Source: Halarcobacter sp. (lineage in GTDB: Bacteria; Campylobacterota; Campylobacteria; Campylobacterales; Arcobacteraceae). Taken from it: 64,000 nt of DNA. Made by a program: the position numbers and the translations under genes. The stretch lies in assembly GCA_048571215.1 (NCBI GenBank), contig CP182352.1:576001-640000 (forward strand), written 5' to 3'. The notes below the pieces were generated by a model, which worked only from the letters and a program-made list of their open reading frames with translations, was not told the DNA's origin and searched no databases. Positions 31,900 through 40,932 of this stretch are shown in pieces (position 1 is the first letter of the stretch; each line of letters starts with the position of its first letter).

Positions 31900-32253
31900 A
31901 AGTAAGCCGTTAAGAAACTATGTTAATCGGGTGAGACAATACCTGAAAATGTAGAAATTAAAGGTAAGAGAATTTACCTAAATTGTATTAGTAGTGTAAA
32001 AATAACTGTTTAAATCCAATTTTCAACTTATCGAATAGGCTTGAAATTTGCTCTGTCTGGTAGATTTATTTGAAGGGTTTACAGATGGAAATTTTAAATA
32101 AAGAACTATGTAGATAAATAAAAAAGATAAAGAGTACTCTCCTATGATGCACCTTTTTTTCAAGAAAAGTAAACTAGTTTGTATGAAGTCCTTTTGTAAC
32201 TCCGTACTTACTAAAAGAGATGTTGTTTAGATAAAAGTCTACCAAATTCTTTT

Positions 32254-34107
32254 TTATTGGTCTTGAAAAAAAGGTGCATTATAATTTAAAAATTCCATGA
32301 TTCCAACACTTTTAAAAAGTAAATGGGTATTCATAGCAGATAATTCTTTTTTCTTTAAAGTATTTAAATCTGCTAACAGCCTTTTTTTGTCAAATAGTTC
32401 AATGTCTATTAAATCAGTTTTAAAATCATTTATTATACTCTCAATTTCAGGGATATCTTTCTGTATTCTATCTATGATATCTGCACTTTGTAAACCTTTG
32501 TTTTTTTGATGTAAAACTTTATCTGGTAATCTATCTTTCATCAAATGTTTGATTATATTTTTCTCTTTATTCTCTTTAGAAATATATAGTTCATTTGGAA
32601 GTTTTAACATATATTCTATTACTCTTTTATCTCCTGTAGGATCAGCTAAATTTATATTAAAATACTGTGATGCATTTGCACCAAATTCACATCTTTTATT
32701 AAAACCTAACATTAGAATTTTTTTCATCAACTCTTTTTCATCATCTTTTGTAAAATAAAAAGAAAAGTCTTCATTTCTTTTTGATTTTTTTATTAACTGT
32801 TTTATTTGTATATCTAAAGAAGGGTTTAAATAACTATAGTCACTCCACATAGTTTTTTTTAACATATTTGTAAAAGGTTTATAATATCTTGAATAAATAG
32901 GTCTTAATAGTTTATTTTTGATTAAAGATTTAAGCCCATAGATTTCATATAATTTATCTGAGTCTAAAAGATAATTTATACCTGTGTAAGATGTCGTTGC
33001 ATTACCTGTTTCTCCACTAAGTAAAACTTCATGACTATTTTTTGAAACCTGACTATAAATATCCATTAACCAGTATGCATTAATGGTTGCATGAATTGGT
33101 TCATTAAAAACTTCAAGTGATAAACGCAATCCCTCAAGTGGCGTTAATTGTGCTGAATTTAAAAAGTGTGCATCTATATTCCCACATTTTTCTATAACAG
33201 CTTTCATATTAGCACTTTCATCACCATTTCTATCTCCAATTAGATCTTGTCTTATATTATATTGTGGTACATGGGAATATGTATGTAAAGTTTGATTCTC
33301 TTTTTTTAATAATTCACTAGCAACAGTGGAAACACTAGTACTATCTAATCCTCCACTTAACATAGAAGCTATTGGCTTATCACTTTGAATTCTACACCTT
33401 ACTGCTTCTGTAAATATCTCATTTAGCTCTTCAATAGCTTGATTTAAAGTTATACTATAATCAACTTTTATTTTTTCAGGGAACCAATATCTCTCTTTTT
33501 TTATCTCTTTTTTATTTAACCAAGCTCTATGAGCTGGATTTAGTACTTTTAAATTTTTGTAAAAAGTTGAGTCATCTTCAGATAAATAGACTATAGCATC
33601 TCTTCCAATTGCCTTTTCAATATCAATTGTCAAATCTATAAAAGGTATTTTTTTTATTAGCCTAATACTTGTAGAAACAATAATATAATCTGAATCAACA
33701 TAATAGTAAACAGCAGTATATCCATGATGATCTTGTGCTATAAAATATTCCTCTTTTTCAAAGTCATATATTAGTAAAGACCAATCTCCTATTATCTTAT
33801 CTACACACTCTTGTCCATATTTTAAATAAAGTTCCAAAATAAGTTTAGTATTGTCAATATCTATGCAAGAATTATGATTTATGTATTTTTTTAATTCTTT
33901 TTTATTGTATATTCTTCCATTAAAAATTATAGATATCTTTTTTGATTGTGATTTATATGTTTGAATATTGTTTATATTTGAATTGGATAAAATTAAATGA
34001 TTTTTTTCAAATAGAGAATGATTATATGAAAATGTATGAGAAAAACCTTTTAGGTCATCTTTTATAAATTGTTTTTTTAAACTTAGTATTGATAGAAAAC
34101 TGTGCAT
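32254..34107 (-). CDS. Lasso cyclase (asparagine synthetase-like, C protein)
   Basis: 617 aa; GRIYN..EL, GDWS, MLSGGLDSTSV PP-loop, LLSGETGN..SY, D.RVIE...P, KGLQSAD. Lacks the N-terminal Cys2 of true AsnB. Confidence 0.88.
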   Translation of the reverse strand: MHSFLSILSLKKQFIKDDLKGFSHTFSYNHSLFEKNHLILSNSNINNIQTYKSQSKKISIIFNGRIYNKKELKKYINHNSCIDIDNTKLILELYLKYGQECVDKIIGDWSLLIYDFEKEEYFIAQDHHGYTAVYYYVDSDYIIVSTSIRLIKKIPFIDLTIDIEKAIGRDAIVYLSEDDSTFYKNLKVLNPAHRAWLNKKEIKKERYWFPEKIKVDYSITLNQAIEELNEIFTEAVRCRIQSDKPIASMLSGGLDSTSVSTVASELLKKENQTLHTYSHVPQYNIRQDLIGDRNGDESANMKAVIEKCGNIDAHFLNSAQLTPLEGLRLSLEVFNEPIHATINAYWLMDIYSQVSKNSHEVLLSGETGNATTSYTGINYLLDSDKLYEIYGLKSLIKNKLLRPIYSRYYKPFTNMLKKTMWSDYSYLNPSLDIQIKQLIKKSKRNEDFSFYFTKDDEKELMKKILMLGFNKRCEFGANASQYFNINLADPTGDKRVIEYMLKLPNELYISKENKEKNIIKHLMKDRLPDKVLHQKNKGLQSADIIDRIQKDIPEIESIINDFKTDLIDIELFDKKRLLADLNTLKKKELSAMNTHLLFKSVGIMEFLNYNAPFFQDQ

Positions 34108-34345
34108 TATTTTTATTCTTTAAATTTTATTTGTGTGATTCTATCGTATTCAAGTTAATCTTAGACTAAATCATCTAATTATAATTAAAGTGAGGTTATG
34201 TCATATATTTTTCATCTTTTGGTAGAAATATTAATATTGTTTTTTGTTTGAATAAATGTATATATATTATATAGTTTCAATTATTTAACTGCTATTAACC
34301 AAATATTGTATAGAATAATCTAAATTAATAAAAAGAAAAATTATA

Positions 34346-35935
34346 ATGAATAGTTTCTTAGAAAAAAATTTTGATGAGATTGTAAGGGCATCATTTCTTC
34401 TTTCTCCTCAAGCAATTTATTGGTTAAATAAAGATGGTAAACTTCTTTTTGCAAATGATAATGCTTTAAATAGATTAGATTATACTTTGGAAGAGCTTCA
34501 AAATCTAAATCTTTGGGATGTTGATGTTACTGTTGATACAAAAGAGAAATACCTACAAGCTCTTGATAGTTTTGAAAAGGGGCAGATACTTGAATCAAAT
34601 GTAATTCAAACTTACCATAGAAAAAAAAACAATGAAACTTTTCCTGTTGAGGTTGTATCAAGATTTCATAAAATAGATTCAGAAGAATATATAGTATCTT
34701 ATGCAAAAGATATTACAAATAGAGTTCAACGAACAGAAAAAATAAATCTTTATTTTGAACTTATAAACTCTTCAAAAGATATGATTTTTTTAGTTGACTT
34801 AGAAACTGAAAGAATAGAGTTTGCAAATGATATTGTATGTGAAAGTTTAGGGTTTAGTTTTAAAGAACTAAATAAGATGAAGGTTTCTGATATTAGAAAA
34901 CCTGTAGAGGGTGAAAAAAAAATAAAGATATCTGAAGTTTTTGATAAACTAAAAGAGAGTAAAAACTTAATCACCCAAGGAATTTATATTACAAAAGATG
35001 GTAAAGAGATACCTGTAGAAACCTCTGTACATCTTAAAAACTATTTAGGTAGAAGTTTTGTTATTGCTATTTCTAGAGATATTAGTGAAAGAATTGAAAT
35101 AGAAAAAAAACAAATAGATTTAAATAAAAAGTTAAAAGAGTATAATCAAAATTTAGAAGAAGAGGTTAGAAAGTTTCAAAAAGAGTTGATTGATTATGAA
35201 GATATTATGAAAAAACAGTCAAAAATGGCAGCAATGGGAGAGATGATAGAAAATATCGCCCATCAATGGAGACAACCCTTATCTGCTGTATCTGTATTAT
35301 CAAGTGGTATGATGTTGCAAAACCAAGAAAATATTCTTGATAAAGAAACTCTAACTTCAAATTTAAATAAGATACATGAACAGGTTCAATATCTTTCTAA
35401 AACAATTGATGACTTTAGAAATTTTTTTAAACCTGATAAAGAAAAGAATAGCTTTAAAGTGAAGGATTTAATAAAAAATAGTATTAAACTTATTAAGTCA
35501 AGATATAATAATATTCCAATTCTATTTATTGAAGATATTGAAGATAATGAACTTTTTACTTATGAAAATGAACTTTTACAAGTTATACTAAATATTATAA
35601 ATAACTCAGTTGATGAACTTATTAATAAAGAGTGTAAAAGATTAATTTTTATTAACTCTTATAAAAAACATAATTATTTGATAATTAAGATAAAAGATAA
35701 TGGTGGTGGTATTGATGAGAAGATTATTGATAGAATTTTTGAACCATATTTTACGACAAAACACAATTATCAGGGAACAGGGATAGGTCTTTATATGTCA
35801 AACAATATTATAAGACATCTACATGGAAAAATAGAAGTAAAAAATATTATTACAAAACATGATGATATTGTTTATAAGGGTGCATCTTTTAAAATAAAAT
35901 TACCCTTGAGTTTTACAAAGGATAAATATGAATGA
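34346..35935 (+). CDS. Cytoplasmic dual-PAS histidine kinase
   Basis: Two PAS/PAC repeats (FPVEV, IPVET), AHQWRQPL, GTGIGL. Confidence 0.92.
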   Translation: MNSFLEKNFDEIVRASFLLSPQAIYWLNKDGKLLFANDNALNRLDYTLEELQNLNLWDVDVTVDTKEKYLQALDSFEKGQILESNVIQTYHRKKNNETFPVEVVSRFHKIDSEEYIVSYAKDITNRVQRTEKINLYFELINSSKDMIFLVDLETERIEFANDIVCESLGFSFKELNKMKVSDIRKPVEGEKKIKISEVFDKLKESKNLITQGIYITKDGKEIPVETSVHLKNYLGRSFVIAISRDISERIEIEKKQIDLNKKLKEYNQNLEEEVRKFQKELIDYEDIMKKQSKMAAMGEMIENIAHQWRQPLSAVSVLSSGMMLQNQENILDKETLTSNLNKIHEQVQYLSKTIDDFRNFFKPDKEKNSFKVKDLIKNSIKLIKSRYNNIPILFIEDIEDNELFTYENELLQVILNIINNSVDELINKECKRLIFINSYKKHNYLIIKIKDNGGGIDEKIIDRIFEPYFTTKHNYQGTGIGLYMSNNIIRHLHGKIEVKNIITKHDDIVYKGASFKIKLPLSFTKDKYE

Positions 35936-36467
35936 TAGATTACATGAAATTCTTGCTGAGGTTGGTGTAATACATAAAACTTTAATAAATGATGGAAAAA
36001 TTGAAGATATTGAGTATGTTTTAGAATATATAGAAACTTATGATGATGATATTAAATCTCACTATTTAACTCTTCTTTTGCAATATTATTTCCAACAAAA
36101 TAGTATTGATAATGTAAAAGAGTTATTATTGCTTGGTTACAAGTTTGATATGCGAATGGAAGATATAAAAGAGGCATTTATCCATATAACAACAAATAAA
36201 GAAAATGTAATACAATTACTTGAAGATAATGTAGTGTTTTTTAAAGATACTAACTATGAAGAGCCTTTAAAAGTGATGTATGAATATTATATGAATGGTG
36301 ATGAAGATTTAAAAGTGATTTTGGAAGAGACAGTTGAGTTAATAAAAAGAAATAGATATGTATGTGCATATGCATACAAAAATAGAAATTTTGAGTTTGC
36401 AGAGTTTTTTCTAAATGAAGATCTATTAGAGTCTTTGCAAAGAGATCTACCATACCTTTTAAAATAA
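35928..36467 (+). CDS. Hypothetical acidic protein
   Basis: 179-aa ORF coupled to the kinase, AAGGA RBS. Confidence 0.7.
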   Translation: MNDRLHEILAEVGVIHKTLINDGKIEDIEYVLEYIETYDDDIKSHYLTLLLQYYFQQNSIDNVKELLLLGYKFDMRMEDIKEAFIHITTNKENVIQLLEDNVVFFKDTNYEEPLKVMYEYYMNGDEDLKVILEETVELIKRNRYVCAYAYKNRNFEFAEFFLNEDLLESLQRDLPYLLK

Positions 36468-36476
36468 GAGATAAGT

Positions 36477-37352
36477 ATTAAAAAGTTTAGAAAAGTTCAT
36501 GTTGAGATTACAAATATATGTAATTTAGAGTGTAGTTTCTGCCCTAGCAAAATATTGCCAAATGAAACTATGCACTTAAAAGATTTTGAAAAGTTAAATA
36601 CGCAATTAAAAGCAGTAACAAAAGAGTTAGCCTATCATGTTGTTGGTGATCCTTTAGTTTTATCAAATTTAGATAAATATTTAGATATTAGTTTGGAGAA
36701 TAATTTAAAAGTAAACCTAACAACGGCTGCTTATAATTTATCTAAAAATAGTTTTGAAACCCTTATGCATAAAACAATCAAGCAAATCAATTTTTCACTT
36801 AACTCTTACAATGCAAATACCCATAAAATATCCCTTCAAGAGTATTTAAAACCTATTTTTGATTTTTGTGAGTATGCAATAAACAAAAAACAACACTTTT
36901 TTATCAATCTTAGAATTTGGAATCTAGATGAATCAAAAAGTGCAAAAGAGTTCAACAAAGAGGTATTTGAAACTGCAAATAAAAGGTTTGGTAGTAATAT
37001 TGATTTAGAAAAAGTTTATGAAAATAAACCAAAAAATATAAAGATAGCAAGAATGATATTTTTCAATTTTGATGATTATTTTTTTTGGCCTAGTTTAAAT
37101 AATGAACTTGTATCAAAAGAGGGGTTTTGTTATGGTCTTGATTCCCATTTTTCAGTCTTAAGTGGGGGTAGGGTAGTTCCTTGTTGCTTAGATAAAGATG
37201 GTATTATAAATCTAGGAAATATAAATGAACAAGATTTAACACAGATTTTAAATTCAAAAAAAGTATTAGATATACAAAAAGGGTTTAAAAATAATATTTT
37301 ATTAGAAGAACTTTGCCAAAAGTGTGAGTATCGAACCCGTTTTGATAAGTAG
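36477..37352 (+). CDS. Radical SAM/SPASM domain protein; true start upstream of the called ORF, probably ATT
   Basis: In-frame KKFRKVHVEITNICNLECSFCP (CxxxCxxC) lies upstream of the called TTG. SPASM motifs FCYGL, VVPCCLD, LCQKC. Confidence 0.88.
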   Translation: MKKFRKVHVEITNICNLECSFCPSKILPNETMHLKDFEKLNTQLKAVTKELAYHVVGDPLVLSNLDKYLDISLENNLKVNLTTAAYNLSKNSFETLMHKTIKQINFSLNSYNANTHKISLQEYLKPIFDFCEYAINKKQHFFINLRIWNLDESKSAKEFNKEVFETANKRFGSNIDLEKVYENKPKNIKIARMIFFNFDDYFFWPSLNNELVSKEGFCYGLDSHFSVLSGGRVVPCCLDKDGIINLGNINEQDLTQILNSKKVLDIQKGFKNNILLEELCQKCEYRTRFDK

Positions 37353-37415
37353 TTTTTAGATAAAATTGCTAATCTTATTTTAAATTAAAATATAAATTCT
37401 ATAGGAAATAAAAAA

Positions 37416-38246
37416 ATGAAAGATATGTTAGAGGGACAAATTATAAGTTTAAGTATAAGAGATTTTTTTACTAAACAGATGTTAAAAATAGCAATATTAC
37501 CATTGATTCTTACTATGTTAGTTATGCTTATATTTTTTTATACAGCAGCTGATTATGGTTTTCAAGCCCTACAACAATTTATGGAAGCTTCACAAAATGG
37601 TCAAGAAGCACAAATAGACCCAAATGCACCTTTTTATTTTATATGGCTTATGTATGTGATGGCATTTTTGTTTAAATACTCTATAACCTCTTGGTTGGTT
37701 GGATTTTTATTTTATACTGTTGGTACATTGTTTGTGATGATGTTTTCAGTTTTTTTAACTTTGATTATTATTGGTTTTTTAACTCCAATGATTTTAAATA
37801 TTATCCATAAAAGACACTATAGTGATATGAAGATAAATGGTTTTGCAACACTTATGAGCCCTTTATGGATACTACTTAGAAGCTCTTTGATTATGATTTT
37901 TCTTTTTATTTTATTTATCCCTTTGTATTTTATTCCTGTGATTAATCTATTTGCGATAAACTTTCCATTTTATTACTTTTTTCACAAGATGTTAACTTAT
38001 GATGTGGCTTCAACTATATTAACTGAGTCTGAGTATAAAACAATACAAAATAAAAAAGCGATGAGTTTTAGATTTAGGACTTTGTTTTTATATATCCTAT
38101 CTATGATCCCTTCAATTACTCTATTTACGGCAGTGTTTTTTATAATTTATCTTGGACATGGGTATTTTCAAGAGTTGAAAAAAATAAAAAGTTTTGAAAA
38201 AGATATAACTGATACAAAAGAGGATACAAAACTATTACAAGACTAG
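37416..38246 (+). CDS. EI24/CysZ-like membrane protein
   Basis: Multiple TM segments; IIIGFLTP, FIPVIN, LTYDV pattern. Confidence 0.7.
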   Translation: MKDMLEGQIISLSIRDFFTKQMLKIAILPLILTMLVMLIFFYTAADYGFQALQQFMEASQNGQEAQIDPNAPFYFIWLMYVMAFLFKYSITSWLVGFLFYTVGTLFVMMFSVFLTLIIIGFLTPMILNIIHKRHYSDMKINGFATLMSPLWILLRSSLIMIFLFILFIPLYFIPVINLFAINFPFYYFFHKMLTYDVASTILTESEYKTIQNKKAMSFRFRTLFLYILSMIPSITLFTAVFFIIYLGHGYFQELKKIKSFEKDITDTKEDTKLLQD

Positions 38247-38918
38247 TCTGTACCCTGTTCCTTGTACATTTTTAAGTACATTTTCTGGAAGTTTTTTTCT
38301 AAAGTTTTTGATAAATAATCTCATTGCATTTGGTGTCATGACATTATCTTCATTCCAAATGATATTTTCCATCTCTTCATAGGTGATGATTCTATTTTTT
38401 TGAATAAGTAGTTTTAAAAATTGGTTCTCTTTTTTTGTTAACTTAAACTCTTCATTTGGTGATTGAACAAAAGATTTACTCTCATCAAAAAGCCACCCTT
38501 CACATAGATTATAAACTCTAGCATTTTCATAACTTTTTATAAAGGCATGAAGTGATTCTATCAAACTTGCATCAGTTATAGGTTTAACAATATATTTTAC
38601 TAAGTGTAGTTCTGTCGCATCAAGCATATAGTCCAAATCGGTATATGCTGAGGTTATTATAACTCTTACTTTTGCATCAACTTTTCTAATTTTTTTGATA
38701 AGTTCAATACCTGTTTCATTAGGCATTTTTATATCTGTTATTATTAAGTCAGGTTTATTTAATTCATAAATATTATAGGCTTCTTTTGTATTTTTAGCTA
38801 CAAAAGTTTCTTTAAAAAGGTCTTTTAATATTTCATATATATTATTTCTTATCCCCTCTTCATCTTCAACATATAAAACTGTAAAGGTACTCAATCTTGA
38901 GATTAGTTCTTTATCCAT
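38235..38918 (-). CDS. OmpR-family response regulator
   Basis: VEDE, TDIKMP, KPI; wHTH GTGYRL. Confidence 0.93.
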   Translation of the reverse strand: MDKELISRLSTFTVLYVEDEEGIRNNIYEILKDLFKETFVAKNTKEAYNIYELNKPDLIITDIKMPNETGIELIKKIRKVDAKVRVIITSAYTDLDYMLDATELHLVKYIVKPITDASLIESLHAFIKSYENARVYNLCEGWLFDESKSFVQSPNEEFKLTKKENQFLKLLIQKNRIITYEEMENIIWNEDNVMTPNAMRLFIKNFRKKLPENVLKNVQGTGYRLVL

Positions 38919-38976
38919 ATCAAACCTTATTATAAAAGATATGTTATCATATCAAAAATATGTTTAGGGAATTCAA

Positions 38977-40530
38977 TTGAAGTTTATTACTGAGAAAAAT
39001 TTATCAAAAATTATTATTTATATCTTTATTATCATTATGACAAGTATGATTATGATGATTTCTTATTTTTATGTGAAAAATACCTATGAAGAATTTGACA
39101 ATGAGATGGATAAATATGTACAAGAACATTATAGGAGTCAAAAGGTTGCTTTGAAAAAAGAGATTGATACTATTATCGATGTTATAAAATATAATGCAAC
39201 AAAAAATGATGAGAGTGAAAGTTTTTTAAAAGAAGATACTATTAGACTTCTAAATAATATCTCCTTTGATAGATATAGAAGTAATTATATTTTTGTATAT
39301 GATATAAAGAAGTTAGAGGGTGGAGATGATTTTGCTATTCTTTTAGTAAATCCAAATAGACTTGATTTGGTAGGAAAACTAATCTCTACAAACTATAAAG
39401 ATTCAAATGGAAAAAAATTTAGAGAAGAGTTTATGAAAGATATTAGAGAAAAGGGTGAGTCTTATACGGAGTACTCTTATAGAAAACTTGATACAGATAT
39501 TCCAAAACAAAAACTTTCATATTTTAAATATTTTCCAAGATGGAATTGGGTTATTGCAGTAGGGGTATATGTAGATGATATAGAAAAAGAGATTGAAAAA
39601 AACAGAGAAAATCTTCAAAGAAGAATTCAAAATCAAGTGATACAAAATATACTTTTATTTTTATTGTTTTTATCTTTTGCCATAGTGATTTCTATTTTGG
39701 TATCACAAAAAATCGATGATGTTCTAAAGTCTTATCAAAGAAGAGTTTATTCTAAATCAAAAGCATTAAAAGAGTTAAATGGAAGCTTAGAAAAAAAGGT
39801 AAAAGAGGAGATAGAAAAAAATAGAGAACATGAACAACTACTTGTTCAAAAATCTAAATTTATAGCATTAGGTGAGATGATTTCAAACATTGCTCACCAA
39901 TGGAGACAACCCTTATCGGAGTTATCTTCAATAATGATGTTTATAAAATTTAAATATGAAATGGGAAAACTAAATGACGAGATAATGGAGAAAAAAGCAA
40001 AAGAAGCTGAGTCCGTTTTAGATTTTATGTCCCATACCATTGATGATTTTAGAAACTTTTTTATACCAAAAAAAGAAAAAGAGAAGTTTACTTTAATCTC
40101 AGCTTTAGATTCAGTGATAACAATTGTTTCAAGCTCTTTGATAAATAATCAAATCAATCTTACAGTTTGTGTTGATGATAAAATTGAACTAAATACTTAT
40201 TTAAATGAGTTTCAACAAGTTATGTTAAATATAATCAAAAATGCAAAAGATGTTTTGATAGAAAAAAATATAAAAAATCCATGGATTAAAATATATACAG
40301 AGCTTCAAAAGGATTCTATTGTGCTTTTTGTAGAAGATAATGGTGGTGGAATAGTAGTTGAACCAAAGAGTAAAATATTTGAACCATATTTTACAACTAA
40401 AAAAGATAGTGATGGAACAGGAATAGGGCTTTATATGTCAAAAATCATTGTCGACAAAAATATGAATGGAAGATTAAAAGTTACTAATGCCCAAGAGGGT
40501 GCAAAATTTGAGATAATTTTGCCTAAATAG
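38977..40530 (+). CDS. Cache-domain sensor histidine kinase
   Basis: YIFVY..DSNGK..KLSY...WNWVIAVGVY single Cache domain; AHQWRQPL. Confidence 0.92.
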   Translation: MKFITEKNLSKIIIYIFIIIMTSMIMMISYFYVKNTYEEFDNEMDKYVQEHYRSQKVALKKEIDTIIDVIKYNATKNDESESFLKEDTIRLLNNISFDRYRSNYIFVYDIKKLEGGDDFAILLVNPNRLDLVGKLISTNYKDSNGKKFREEFMKDIREKGESYTEYSYRKLDTDIPKQKLSYFKYFPRWNWVIAVGVYVDDIEKEIEKNRENLQRRIQNQVIQNILLFLLFLSFAIVISILVSQKIDDVLKSYQRRVYSKSKALKELNGSLEKKVKEEIEKNREHEQLLVQKSKFIALGEMISNIAHQWRQPLSELSSIMMFIKFKYEMGKLNDEIMEKKAKEAESVLDFMSHTIDDFRNFFIPKKEKEKFTLISALDSVITIVSSSLINNQINLTVCVDDKIELNTYLNEFQQVMLNIIKNAKDVLIEKNIKNPWIKIYTELQKDSIVLFVEDNGGGIVVEPKSKIFEPYFTTKKDSDGTGIGLYMSKIIVDKNMNGRLKVTNAQEGAKFEIILPK

Positions 40531-40738
40531 CTACTTTTTTATCTTTTTTTTCTTTTTTTGCTGGTTGATATAACATATGATGCCATAAAGAGAAACCACA
40601 TAGAGCTACTCCTGCACCAATATGAACATTTTTTGCTAATTTGTTTTTCATAAACATTGATGTTACAACTGTAGCACCTAATGTTGCAGTCATTCCAATT
40701 TTTGCTATCTCTTTTTGTACTTCTAAATCAACATTCAT
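40523..40738 (-). CDS. Small two-TM His-containing membrane protein
   Basis: KIGMTATL...VHIGAGVALCGFSLWHH; start coupled (ATGA) to the upstream small ORF. Confidence 0.72.
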   Translation of the reverse strand: MNVDLEVQKEIAKIGMTATLGATVVTSMFMKNKLAKNVHIGAGVALCGFSLWHHMLYQPAKKEKKDKKVAI

Positions 40739-40848
40739 TGTTTCTCTTTCCTTTTTCTTCTTTTTTCCATTTTTCTTGCAGTTGTATTTAATGTTTTAAC
40801 TGTTAATGCAGTGGTTAAAACTGCTGCTAAAGGTAAAAGTAATGGCAT
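40735..40848 (-). CDS. 37-aa small protein (missing from ORF track)
   Basis: AAGGA RBS; MPLLLPLAAVLTTALTVKTLNTTARKMEKRRKRKEKQ*; its TGA overlaps the next ATG. Confidence 0.65.
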   Translation of the reverse strand: MPLLLPLAAVLTTALTVKTLNTTARKMEKRRKRKEKQ

Positions 40849-40861
40849 GTTAAATCCTTAT

Positions 40862-40876
40862 TGATAATTATTATTA
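40862..40876. promoter_or_regulatory. Fur box (7-1-7, one mismatch)
   Basis: TGATAATTATTATTA directly upstream of the RBS of the 37-aa gene. Confidence 0.7.
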
Positions 40877-40907
40877 AAATATTATCATTAGTTAGCTAAA
40901 ACTAAAC

Positions 40908-40922
40908 TGATAATTATTATCA
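40908..40922. promoter_or_regulatory. Fur box (perfect 7-1-7)
   Basis: TGATAAT-T-ATTATCA palindrome. Confidence 0.8.
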
Positions 40923-40932
40923 TATAATGCAA

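Noticed and set aside
31766..31954. 62-aa ORF as an intact precursor with a long core
   Set aside because: No Asp/Glu at core positions 7-9 in that frame; the A1-like ending lies in another frame.
31868..32250. Group II intron (GTGCG) or IS remnant after precursor A2
   Set aside because: GTGCG falls within the precursor core. I could not identify a domain V hairpin, an RT ORF or paired IRs. The spacer remains unexplained.
32254..34107. Housekeeping asparagine synthetase AsnB
   Set aside because: Lacks the N-terminal catalytic Cys, and the context is a lasso cluster.
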